A DNA stretch of 35,204 bases from Candidatus Woesearchaeota archaeon (GCA_014729145.1 WJKL01000031.1:1-35204), one strand, 5' to 3'. Counted from the first letter of the stretch, positions 1 through 8,198 are shown. The notes: generated from the sequence alone by a model not told the origin. Translations and numbers: made by a program.

Positions 1-1530
1 AAGAAAGGTATGCGAATTGTAATCACACTGAAAAAAGATTCTAATGAAGATATTGTATTAAATCAATTGATGAAACATACCAGATTGAAGACCACTTTTG
101 GAGTTAATATGCTTGCTTTAGTAGATAATGAGCCAAAGGTCCTGAACTTAAAAGATATTCTAGAGCATTATATTAATCACAGGAGAAATATTGTAAGAAA
201 AAGAACTAAATTTGATCTTAAAAAAGCACAGGACAGAGATCATATATTAGAGGGCCTTTTAATCGCATTGAAAAATATTGATAACACAATAAGGATCGTC
301 AAAGAGAGCGACAATGCAGATGAAGCATCAAAAAAGCTGATATCAAGTTTAGATATAAGCGAAAAGCAGGCTTCTGCAATCCTTGACATGAAACTTCAGA
401 GACTTACTGGACTGGAGCAGGATAAGATAAAGAAAGAGCATAAATCTCTAATAATGCTGATTGAAGAGCTGCAGAAGATACTTGCTGATGAAAATGAAAT
501 ATTAAAGATCATCAAAGAAGAATTAAAAGAATTAAAAGAAAATTATGGTGATGAAAGAAGGACAGAAATTGTTGAAGCTGAGGAAGAATTAGAAAAAGAA
601 GATTTGATAAAACCAGAAGATATGGTAATAAGCATAACGCATTCAGGTTATATCAAAAGGCTGCCCATCAACACTTACAGGGCTCAGAGAAGAGGAGGAA
701 AAGGAGTTATTGCAGCAAAGACAAAAGACGAGGATTTTGTTGAAGATCTTTTTGTAGCCAACACACATTCTTATGTTTTATTTTTTACAAACAAAGGAAA
801 GGTGAAATGGCTTAAGGTATATGAGATTCCTGAAGCAGGGAGAACTGCAAAAGGGCAGGCTATTGTGAACTTGTTAAGGCTTGGAGAGGAAGAAAAAGTC
901 ACAGCATATGTGCCTGTTAGAAAATTCAATGAAGGGTATCTTTTCATGGCAACAAAGAAAGGCATTGTGAAGAAGACTTCGATAGAAGAATTTTCAAGGC
1001 CAAGAAAAGGAGGAATAATCGCATTGAACCTGAAAAAGGGTGACGAGCTTATCGGGGTCAAAAAAACAAAAGGAGATTATCAAATAATGCTGGCAACTAA
1101 GAAAGGAAAGGCCATAAAATTCAAAGAAAAAGATGTAAGAAGCATGGGAAGGACTGCAAGAGGGGTCAGAGGGATAAGATTAAGAAAGGATGATAAGGTT
1201 GTAGGTATGGTAATTGCCAAAGAAGACGAATCTTTGTTTACTATTACTGAAAATGGATACGGAAAAAGAACTGATGTTTCTAAATATAGATTGATCAAAA
1301 GAGGAGGAAAAGGAGTGATCAACATAAAGTGTACTGAAAGGAACGGAAATGTTATAGGTATCAAGGATGTTAAAGATGATGATCAATTAATGCTAATAAC
1401 CAGAAGAGGCATCGGTATAAGGTTCAAGGCAAAAGATATCTCTAAGATAGGAAGAGCAACACAAGGTGTCAAGATCATGAATTTAAAAGATGGAGACAAG
1501 GTTTCTTCTGCTGCCAAGATAAAAGAATGA
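1..1530 (+). CDS. gyrA: DNA gyrase subunit A, C-terminal part. The gene is 5'-truncated by the window edge and the frame is open from nt 1.
   Basis: The translation has the GyrA tower/coiled-coil region (LNLKDILEHYINHRRNIVRKRTKFDLKKAQDRDHILEGL, SEKQASAILDMKLQRLTGLE). This is followed by repeated beta-pinwheel blades (YIKR...RRGGKG, GRTAKG, GRTARG, KRGGKG, GRATQG). Confidence 0.9.
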   Translation, partial: KKGMRIVITLKKDSNEDIVLNQLMKHTRLKTTFGVNMLALVDNEPKVLNLKDILEHYINHRRNIVRKRTKFDLKKAQDRDHILEGLLIALKNIDNTIRIVKESDNADEASKKLISSLDISEKQASAILDMKLQRLTGLEQDKIKKEHKSLIMLIEELQKILADENEILKIIKEELKELKENYGDERRTEIVEAEEELEKEDLIKPEDMVISITHSGYIKRLPINTYRAQRRGGKGVIAAKTKDEDFVEDLFVANTHSYVLFFTNKGKVKWLKVYEIPEAGRTAKGQAIVNLLRLGEEEKVTAYVPVRKFNEGYLFMATKKGIVKKTSIEEFSRPRKGGIIALNLKKGDELIGVKKTKGDYQIMLATKKGKAIKFKEKDVRSMGRTARGVRGIRLRKDDKVVGMVIAKEDESLFTITENGYGKRTDVSKYRLIKRGGKGVINIKCTERNGNVIGIKDVKDDDQLMLITRRGIGIRFKAKDISKIGRATQGVKIMNLKDGDKVSSAAKIKE

Positions 1531-2423
1531 AGGCATTAGCAATTTCTTATAAAGGTATGGAAGATATTACTGCTTTGGAGATCAAAGAATTAATTGGGAA
1601 GAAAGCTTCTGTTAAGGAAAGCTGCTGTGTATTTGAATGTTCTAAAAAAGAACTTGCAAAATATTGTTATCTATGCCAGGGAGCTAACAGGGTTTTGATT
1701 TTATTGGAAGATTTTAAGATAGATAATATTTCTGATTTGAAGAAGATAGATGGGATTGATTTTTCTAAATGGCTGAAAGATGGCAGAACTTTTGCTGCCA
1801 GAAGCGAGATTGTAGATAATGAACTGGAAGACTATGATGTTCAGAAGACAACAGGGGATAAGATTGATGCAAAGGTCGATTTGGATAATCCAGATATTAC
1901 TGTTTTTGTCTATATTTATTCTGATGATTGCTATGTTGGAGTTGATTTTTCAGGAGATACGAGCAAGAGAGATTATAAGATCAAATTAACAAGAGATGAT
2001 CTGAAAGGGACCATAGCTTACGCATTAGTAAGATTGAGCGGTTTTGAAAAAGGAAAGAGTTTTTTGAACCTTAATGCCAAGACAGGAACGATAGCAATAG
2101 AATCTGCTTTGTTCGGAAGCAGGAAAAGTGTTAATTTTTACAATAAACAGAAATTTCCTTTTTTGAAATTTATTGATATAGGTTTAGAACAGTGGGACAA
2201 GGAAGCTCAAGATGTAAAGGTTTATGCTTATGATTCCCCTGGTTATCTGGATGTGGTAAGAAAGAACGCTGTGGTTGCAGGTGTTGATGTTAAGCTAGAA
2301 AAAATTGAAGCTGACTGTGTTGTCAGATATAAAAGAAAAAAAGCAGAGATAAAAGATCTGAAAAAAGAAAGAGAGATAAAGCACGGGAAGGAAGTTTTGA
2401 AAGTAGAAAATTTTATAGATTAA
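1527..2423 (+). CDS. THUMP-domain protein related to Trm14/RlmL-type RNA methyltransferases, with degenerate SAM-binding and catalytic motifs.
   Basis: The start ATG overlaps the gyrA stop (ATGA). It has an N-terminal THUMP-like region, then LKGTIAYALVRLSG. The usual DPxCGSGT motif reads NLNAKTGT, and no NPPY motif is present near the C-terminus (ADCVVRYKRKK). Confidence 0.55.
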   Translation: MKALAISYKGMEDITALEIKELIGKKASVKESCCVFECSKKELAKYCYLCQGANRVLILLEDFKIDNISDLKKIDGIDFSKWLKDGRTFAARSEIVDNELEDYDVQKTTGDKIDAKVDLDNPDITVFVYIYSDDCYVGVDFSGDTSKRDYKIKLTRDDLKGTIAYALVRLSGFEKGKSFLNLNAKTGTIAIESALFGSRKSVNFYNKQKFPFLKFIDIGLEQWDKEAQDVKVYAYDSPGYLDVVRKNAVVAGVDVKLEKIEADCVVRYKRKKAEIKDLKKEREIKHGKEVLKVENFID

Positions 2424-2565
2424 TTATCTTTAATTCGGATGAGATTCTCTATGCATTTTATACCAAACCTCTTCTGGTTTTCTTCTTAATTCTGCTTCTA
2501 ACATCTTAATTATTTTAATAATTAAAGCTTTTTAAACCTTCGCGAAATGTTTTAAGAATAGTAAG

Positions 2566-2574
2566 TTTTTTAAA
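2566..2574 (+). promoter_or_regulatory. Candidate TATA box for the RNase P RNA gene.
   Basis: TTTTTAAAT lies about 25-30 nt upstream of the predicted 5' end of the RNA at 2597. Confidence 0.4.
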
Positions 2575-2596
2575 TCCATGAAAATTCATTAAAATA

Positions 2597-3059
2597 GGTA
2601 GGGGAAGCACTTAACTGACGGTGATTTGAGTTGAACATTTTTAAAAATGTTTGATTGTTCGTTGAGGTAAAGTTGGAGCAAGTCCAACAGACCTCACCGA
2701 TAAATCGCTGAGGAAAGTCCACCCACCGAGTAAAAAGTCACTCGTGTTATGCGAGATGGAGAAATCCATGGCAATGGGCCAGAAAAACACGTCCACATTT
2801 CGGGATGAAAATGGCGAAGCTTTGCTGCGAAGCAAGTGAGTTTTTGTTGAATAAATTCAACAAACCTTCAACTAGCGTTGAAGTAACCCGTAGACTATGT
2901 TTTGTGGGATCGGTGAAATCCGAATCCTGGCTGGTGCAAGTGCTGTTTAGCATGCTAAGTAGAATGTTAAGGCAGTCTGCCCATGTGAAGGCATAGCAAA
3001 CTTTTAGTTTGCAGGTACCTCGTGGAGACTGACAAAAGGTGGCTTATCGCTTCTCTACC
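2597..3059 (+). ncRNA. rnpB: RNase P RNA, archaeal type, unusually long.
   Basis: The CR-I motif GAGGAAAGTCC is at 2710-2720 and the CR-V-like ACAAAAGGTGGCTTA is at about 3032-3046. The terminal P1 helix pairs GGTAGGGGAAGC (2597-2608) with GCTTCTCTACC (3049-3059). The region is a GC-enriched island with only short, low-quality ORFs. Confidence 0.85.
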
Positions 3060-3082
3060 TATCTTAATCATAAGGTGATCAA

Positions 3083-3256
3083 ATGGCTAATGATAAAGTA
3101 AGGATGCCCAGCGGAATGGGGGGATTAGTAAGGTATTTTGATGAATATAAAAGCAAACTGACCTTCAACCCAGGGATGATTATTGTTCTGTGTGTTATTG
3201 TGATAATAATAATGATAGTTCTCCATCTATTTGGAAATAAGCTTTTGGGGATATAG
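3083..3256 (+). CDS. secG: Preprotein translocase subunit Sec61-beta (archaeal SecG), 57 aa. It is below the ORF-track length cutoff.
   Basis: Hand translation gives MANDKVRMPSGMGGLVRYFDEYKSKLTFNPGMIIVLCVIVIIIMIVLHLFGNKLLGI. It has the typical MPS-G-GL-RYFDE motif followed by a single C-terminal TM helix. GGTGA lies upstream of the ATG. Confidence 0.75.
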   Translation: MANDKVRMPSGMGGLVRYFDEYKSKLTFNPGMIIVLCVIVIIIMIVLHLFGNKLLGI

Positions 3257-3266
3257 GTGAAATAAT

Positions 3267-3605
3267 ATGATGCCAGGAATGAATCCACGGAAAATGCAAA
3301 AGATGATGAAAAAGATGGGTATTGCCCAGACTGAGATAGATGCTAATGAAGTTATAATTAGATGTGATGATAAAGAGATAGTGATCACAGAGCCTTCAGT
3401 GGCAAAAGTCAAGGCGATGGGGCAAGAGCAGTTCACAGTGAGCGGGAATGTAGAAGAAAGAGAACTGGATGCAACTCCTGAAATAAATGAAGAAGATATC
3501 AAGACTGTGATGGGGCAGGCAGATGTTGATGAAGAGAAAGCAAAAGAAGCTTTGGAATCTGCTGAAGGAGACATAGCAAAAGCAATTATGGACCTGCAGG
3601 GATAA
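3267..3605 (+). CDS. nac: Nascent polypeptide-associated complex protein (NAC domain plus C-terminal UBA).
   Basis: MNPRKMQKMMKKMGI..., a NAC beta-barrel region (EVIIRCDDKEIVITEPSV), and a UBA-like tail (EEDIKTVMGQADVDEEKAKEALESAEGDIAKAI). Confidence 0.9.
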   Translation: MMPGMNPRKMQKMMKKMGIAQTEIDANEVIIRCDDKEIVITEPSVAKVKAMGQEQFTVSGNVEERELDATPEINEEDIKTVMGQADVDEEKAKEALESAEGDIAKAIMDLQG

Positions 3606-3606
3606 A

Positions 3607-4344
3607 ATGCTTGAATATCTTAGAATTAGAAAGATAGTCAAAAATATAACTTCTTTTATTGTTGATGAACTGAAAGACAAAGGATTGATTTCTTTATATT
3701 TGGCTGGGACTGTTTTAACAAAAGACAGAACACCTTACAGCGATATTGATATCTTTGGTATTGTAAGTTCTGACTTTGATATAAGAAAAGAAGAAGATGA
3801 GATAAATTCTAAATTAAAATTAAAGAAAAACAGCATTTGCAGGGGATTTGAAACTAGATTTAGAGGAATTGGAATCGATGAACTAGAGGGAGGAAAACCA
3901 AGAGGAATAGTATCCAAACATATTGGATTAAATATAATAATCAAAAAATTTCCATTTTATAAGAAAATTTGGGGGAAGAAAATTGATTTGTCTAAATTTC
4001 CAGTCAAACCTATCGAATTAAAAGAAGAAGCAAAAGATTATATTAAAACCATAGAAACATTCATGAAAAAATTTAGGGCTGGAGAAGAAACTTTCCCTAT
4101 GCAAAATTTTTCAAAATCAGTATTAAATTTAGCAAGAGTAGAAGCTGAAAAAGAATATGGATTCAGATTTGATCCTTCTTATAAGAAACTTACCAAACAT
4201 CTTGCAAAAGAGAGAGATCACATTGCTCATAAAGCAATGGAGTTTAGATATAAAAAAGTTACCAGAAAAGAAGTTTTAGATTTCTGCAATGAAGTTGAGA
4301 TTTATATAAAGGATCTGAAGAAGAGATTTGCTGAATGGAGATAA
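3607..4344 (+). CDS. Nucleotidyltransferase-fold protein (ANT/KNTase-like N-terminal domain plus a helical C-terminal domain).
   Basis: The Pol-beta-type motif is LYLAGTVLTKDRTPYSDIDIFGIV (G[ST]...DxD). It is followed by a roughly 130-aa helical domain. The gene starts 1 nt after the nac stop. Confidence 0.6.
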   Translation: MLEYLRIRKIVKNITSFIVDELKDKGLISLYLAGTVLTKDRTPYSDIDIFGIVSSDFDIRKEEDEINSKLKLKKNSICRGFETRFRGIGIDELEGGKPRGIVSKHIGLNIIIKKFPFYKKIWGKKIDLSKFPVKPIELKEEAKDYIKTIETFMKKFRAGEETFPMQNFSKSVLNLARVEAEKEYGFRFDPSYKKLTKHLAKERDHIAHKAMEFRYKKVTRKEVLDFCNEVEIYIKDLKKRFAEWR

Positions 4345-4390
4345 TTGCATAAACTATTTAAACTAAGTTCTTTTTATATATCTAGGGGCA

Positions 4391-4876
4391 ATGGAAAGAT
4401 TTCAAGAACATAGGGATAAGGCTAAAAAGAATCTGAAGATAGCAGATCATATGCTAACTGTAACATTTCCTTTAGTAAAAGATTCTAAATTATTGTTGGC
4501 AGTCATCGAGAATCTATTTTTGTCATATACAAATGCGATGGCTTCAATATTGCACTATGAAAGATTGTTCAAAAGGATCCCTCCTTTTCAGGACACTTTT
4601 GAAAGTAAATTTAACATGTTCAAAGAGAAGATAGTTAACAAGCATAAGATAGACAAGGAATACCTTAAGGAAGTCCAGGATATCAGGGACATTATCTTAG
4701 AGCACAGAAAGAGCCCGGTTGAGTTCAGGAAGAAAGACAGGTTTGTGATATGTTCAGAAAATTACAGGATTAAATCTGTGAGTGCAGACGATATAAAGAA
4801 ATACCTTTATAAGGCAAAGGTATTTATACAAGTAATGGATAATATAGTGAAGAAAAATGAAGGATTATTTAGATAA
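4391..4876 (+). CDS. Hypothetical small all-helical protein, paralog A.
   Basis: 161-aa ORF with a coding-like composition. It aligns by eye with the next ORF (LKIADHMLTV...VIENL...IL versus LKRTEHLFYV...VIQRL...IL, and EFRKKD versus EYRRNV). Confidence 0.6.
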   Translation: MERFQEHRDKAKKNLKIADHMLTVTFPLVKDSKLLLAVIENLFLSYTNAMASILHYERLFKRIPPFQDTFESKFNMFKEKIVNKHKIDKEYLKEVQDIRDIILEHRKSPVEFRKKDRFVICSENYRIKSVSADDIKKYLYKAKVFIQVMDNIVKKNEGLFR

Positions 4877-5309
4877 GCTCAAAAGCGAGCTGAAGAGAAC
4901 AGAGCACCTATTCTATGTAAGTCTAAAATATACTAGGACAGTCGATGTTATAAGAAGTGTAATACAAAGACTGATTAATGCATTTGATGCAGGAATGGAA
5001 GGCATATTAAAGAAAAAACAAAGAAGAAAGAAAACTTTGGAAATACCTGAACAGCCGAGGAAAAGATGCGAAGTGATCAAGGAGCTTTTTGCAGATGACA
5101 AAGAGTTGATAAACTTTATCGATTTTTACCTAAATCTTAGGAATATAATACAGGCAAAATATGACAAGGCGCACGAATATAGGAGAAACGTAAAGATGAT
5201 AACCCATCTTGGTCCTGAGAACGACCTTGATGTGAATATCGATCTTCTGCTTGAATACTACAACAGAGCCAAAAAATTTGAGGAGTATATCAAGGAGAAA
5301 TTAGGATGA
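4857..5309 (+). CDS. Hypothetical small all-helical protein, paralog B.
   Basis: 150-aa ORF that overlaps paralog A by 20 nt and overlaps the minD start in ATGA. It contains RRNVKMITH, an Rx6H spacing reminiscent of HEPN motifs (tentative). Confidence 0.6.
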   Translation: MKDYLDKLKSELKRTEHLFYVSLKYTRTVDVIRSVIQRLINAFDAGMEGILKKKQRRKKTLEIPEQPRKRCEVIKELFADDKELINFIDFYLNLRNIIQAKYDKAHEYRRNVKMITHLGPENDLDVNIDLLLEYYNRAKKFEEYIKEKLG

Positions 5310-6007
5310 CCAGGTTTATAGCGGTTGTTTCTGGAAAAGGAGGAGTTGGAAAAACAACTGTAGCAATAAATCTAGGGGTTTGTCTTTCTAATGCAGGCAA
5401 CGATGCAGTAGTATTAGACGGCAATCTGACAGCACCGAATGTAGGTATATATCTGGGTTTTCCAAATCCTCCGGCAAGTTTTCATGAGGTTATAAAAGGA
5501 GATGAGCCAATTGAAAATGCAACTTATATGCATTCTTCAGGATTGAAGGTCATCCCAGGAAGTATAAGGTTTGATGTTTTTGATGATGTCAATCTTAGCA
5601 GGATAGAGAAATCATTCAATAAATTAAAAGGATACTCTGAAACAGTTATCATAGATACAGGGGCTGGTCTGACTTCAGAGAACAAGGCAGTGATGAATAT
5701 GGCTGATGAAGTGATGATTGTGACTACTCCTGAATTTGCTGCAGTTACAGAAGCATTAAGAACAATAAAAAATGCAGAGAAACAAAACAAGCTCGTCTTA
5801 GGGATTGTTTTAAATAAAGTTCATTCTATCAGAAATGAAATTTCAGTTGAGAATGTAAAGACAATGCTGGGTTTCCCAATAATGGGCATGATCCCAAGGA
5901 GCGAGATGATCAAAAAAGCTCAGATAATGAAGCACCCTGTTGTATATTCAGATCCACAGTCAGAAGTCGCGCTTGAATTCAGCAGGATTGCAGAAAGACT
6001 TAAATAA
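5306..6007 (+). CDS. minD: MinD/ParA-family P-loop ATPase (archaeal MinD-like).
   Basis: It has the deviant Walker A box SGKGGVGKTT, IIDTGAG (Walker B region) and an overall MinD-like layout. AGGAG lies upstream of the start. Confidence 0.85.
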   Translation: MTRFIAVVSGKGGVGKTTVAINLGVCLSNAGNDAVVLDGNLTAPNVGIYLGFPNPPASFHEVIKGDEPIENATYMHSSGLKVIPGSIRFDVFDDVNLSRIEKSFNKLKGYSETVIIDTGAGLTSENKAVMNMADEVMIVTTPEFAAVTEALRTIKNAEKQNKLVLGIVLNKVHSIRNEISVENVKTMLGFPIMGMIPRSEMIKKAQIMKHPVVYSDPQSEVALEFSRIAERLK

Positions 6008-6031
6008 AAGATTTTATTAAGCATCATCAAA

Positions 6032-6553
6032 ATGAAAAAAGAAAGAAAAACAGAACTGATGAAAAAAGGGTGGAGTAAGGAAGAGATCAAAAACGCGGAG
6101 GATATCATCGAAGACAGAAAACTCCATGACAAAAGCAGATCTATGCTTCGTCTGGACAGGATCTTATTTTGGGGAATATTGTTTATGATGGCAGTCGGAA
6201 ATGCATTAGTAGCTTTTATACTTATACCTCTGCTGCTTGTTTTCAATAAATTAGTTATGAATCTATTTGTTATTGTTATCGGGTTTTCAATTGGAGTGCT
6301 GTTTAATTTTCTTATATGGGATATAGAAGAACATCTTACAAGGAAACATCATCTGATTGCAGCACTTTCAATCCCAATACTTGCACTTTTTAATATGTAT
6401 TTTATAGTCAAAGCATCAAATGCAATAAACATCCTTTTTGATATTTCTGAAGTTAAAGGGGACCCTGTGACTGTAAGCGCACTATATGCGATAGCTTTTC
6501 TGCTTCCTTATCTATGGACTTTATTTGTAAATAAGAAGATAAAGAAATATTAA
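6032..6553 (+). CDS. Hypothetical membrane protein (about 4 TM helices) with a short N-terminal GWSKEEI-type cytoplasmic motif.
   Basis: The hydrophobic segments are ILFWGILFMMAVGNALVAFILIPLLLVF, LFVIVIGFSIGVLFNFLIW, LIAALSIPILALFNMYFIV and ALYAIAFLLPYLWTLF. Confidence 0.55.
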   Translation: MKKERKTELMKKGWSKEEIKNAEDIIEDRKLHDKSRSMLRLDRILFWGILFMMAVGNALVAFILIPLLLVFNKLVMNLFVIVIGFSIGVLFNFLIWDIEEHLTRKHHLIAALSIPILALFNMYFIVKASNAINILFDISEVKGDPVTVSALYAIAFLLPYLWTLFVNKKIKKY

Positions 6554-7785
6554 TGTTTTATTATCTTTACTTTCTTGATTCCTTGTCTAGTGGCTTTGTC
6601 TATGATTAAGGTTGTATTTTTTAGTTTTATCTTTTCTCCTTTTTTTGGTATTCTCTTAAGTTTGTGTTCTATAAAACCCGCAAGTGTGTTGAATTTTTCC
6701 TCTTCTAATCCCAGATGAAGAGCATTATTTATCTCTTCTATAGATGCTCTTGCATCTACATCGATCAATTTTTTGTCCACTTTTTTAATATATATACTTT
6801 TTCTTCTGCTTTTGTCAAATATATCTCCTACTATCTCTTCAAGTATATCTTCCATAGTGACCATACCAGATATGCCCCCATACTCATCAACCACCAAAGC
6901 CAAAGGCATATGTTTTCCCTCGAATTCTATCAACAGATCATCTATCTCTTTTGATTCAGGAACAAAGAAAGCGGGCTTTGCCAGTGTTTTGACCATTGTA
7001 TTCAATTTTTTCTTTTTGACATATTTTAGAACATCATCAACATCCAAAATCCCAATGATTTTTTCCTTGGTCTTGTAATAGACAGGAAATCTTGAATAAG
7101 GTGTCTTCACAACATAACCGATGGTATTTTTTAATTTCTTTTTCCCATCTACCATAGCGAGGTCTGCTTTGGGTGTCATTATTTTGGTCACTTTTGTGCC
7201 TTCGAATTCAAGTACATTGCTCATGATCTCTGCAGCATCCTTGTTGATTATCCCTTCCTTTACCCCCATAGTCACTGTAGTTATGATTTCTTCTTCAGAA
7301 AGTTTTTTTACTTTATTTGATCGGGTCAGTGCTGATATGCTTCTTGAGATCAATTCAAAAAATTTTACAATGGGCAGGATACTTCTAGTCAATAGTTCCA
7401 GAGGCCTGGCTGCAATCAAAGAGATATTTTCAGCATTTTGTGCAGCAAATGTTTTTGGGGTTATTTCTCCAAACACCAAAACCAGCAGGGTCATGACACC
7501 TGTGGCAATTCCAGCTCCTGCTGATCCAAAAACACCTGTGAATATCACTGTTGCAAGAGAGGCCGCCCCAATATTTACTATATTATTTCCAATAAGGATG
7601 GTTATGATCAGCCTGTGAGGGTTTTGTTTTACCCTATGAAGTATTTTCGCTCCTTTTCTTTTTTTTCTTACCAGAGAATTGATCTTTATCCTGCTTACTG
7701 ACATCATGGCTGTTTCTATTCCTGAAAAAAGAGCTGAGAAAAATAAAAGAATTATCAAAGCCATAACTTGTATTTCTAAAATCAT
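6550..7785 (-). CDS. CNNM/TlyC/CorC-family membrane protein (DUF21 TM domain, CBS pair, CorC_HlyC domain). Putative Mg/Co transporter.
   Basis: The N-terminal TM domain has GEITPKT. Tandem CBS-like segments (IMTPKADL..., IGILDVDDVL, ALVVDEYGGISGMVTMEDILEEIVGDI) are followed by a C-terminal transporter-associated domain (TLAGFI...IP..GE). Confidence 0.85.
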   Translation of the reverse strand: MILEIQVMALIILLFFSALFSGIETAMMSVSRIKINSLVRKKRKGAKILHRVKQNPHRLIITILIGNNIVNIGAASLATVIFTGVFGSAGAGIATGVMTLLVLVFGEITPKTFAAQNAENISLIAARPLELLTRSILPIVKFFELISRSISALTRSNKVKKLSEEEIITTVTMGVKEGIINKDAAEIMSNVLEFEGTKVTKIMTPKADLAMVDGKKKLKNTIGYVVKTPYSRFPVYYKTKEKIIGILDVDDVLKYVKKKKLNTMVKTLAKPAFFVPESKEIDDLLIEFEGKHMPLALVVDEYGGISGMVTMEDILEEIVGDIFDKSRRKSIYIKKVDKKLIDVDARASIEEINNALHLGLEEEKFNTLAGFIEHKLKRIPKKGEKIKLKNTTLIIDKATRQGIKKVKIIKH

Positions 7786-7868
7786 TATTTTACCTCTTTT
7801 TTTATTTTTAAGATTAATTTATTTTTAAATATATCGAAAGAATATATTTTTAGCAGGTTTTCAGTAAA

Positions 7869-7877
7869 TTTTATAAG
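7869..7877 (+). promoter_or_regulatory. Candidate TATA box for tRNA-His.
   Basis: TTTTATAAG lies about 27-30 nt upstream of the tRNA 5' end. Confidence 0.4.
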
Positions 7878-7902
7878 TGGTTTATATTTCTAAATCTCTG
7901 TT

Positions 7903-8038
7903 GGCGGCCGTAGTTTAATGGTAAAATACAGGACTGTGGCAGTATAATGAGAGTGAGCCACTCTTTTGCAATTACCTGCAGATATCCTGTGTCGCGAGTT
8001 CGATAACTGATAATCAGTCGAAAGTCTCGCCGGCCGCC
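7903..8038 (+). tRNA. tRNA-His (anticodon GTG) with a genome-encoded G-1 and two introns. One is canonical at 37/38 (about 7940-7983). The second is non-canonical, in the T-loop (about 8004-8023).
   Basis: The acceptor stem pairs GCGGCCG (7904-7910) with CGGCCGC (8031-8037), the discriminator is C8038, and G7903 can pair with it. The D arm is GTTT/AATGGTA/AAAT. The anticodon stem pairs CAGGA (7929-7933) with TCCTG (7985-7989), and the loop is CT-GTG-G. The T stem pairs GCGAG (7994-7998) with CTCGC (8026-8030) but encloses 27 nt instead of 7. No CCA is encoded. Confidence 0.8.
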
Positions 8039-8091
8039 CTTTTTCAATCAAATAATCAATTGATTTGAAAATAATATTCTAAAAACGGAAG

Positions 8092-8101
8092 CTTTATAAA
8101 T
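8092..8101 (+). promoter_or_regulatory. Candidate TATA box of the ribosomal protein / RNA polymerase operon.
   Basis: CTTTATAAAT lies about 25 nt upstream of the base of the leader hairpin (8126) and about 100 nt upstream of the S13 ATG. Confidence 0.4.
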
Positions 8102-8198
8102 CAATCCCAGTTTTTCTATTAAATCAGCCCGAGTTCATTATGAGCGCATCAGTAGGGTTTCATAATAGAGATTTCTTGGGCTTTATATGTGAATAAAT

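Noticed and set aside
2641-2996. Three short ORFs (2641-2835 minus, 2747-2953 minus, 2805-2996 plus) in the ORF track.
   Set aside because: They lie entirely inside the RNase P RNA, which is identified by its CR-I/CR-V motifs and P1 helix. They overlap one another and have odd composition, so they are read as spurious.
3079-3680. Minus-strand ORFs 3079-3288, 3227-3574 and 3396-3680.
   Set aside because: They are antisense shadows of the Sec61-beta and NAC genes. The + strand products have clear family motifs, and the minus-strand translations are low-complexity S/F/I-rich.
8181-8189. A second TATA-like sequence, CTTTATATG, just upstream of the S13 start.
   Set aside because: It is only about 12-15 nt from the ATG, too close for a TATA box even for a leaderless transcript. 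It also forms the 3' flank of the leader hairpin.
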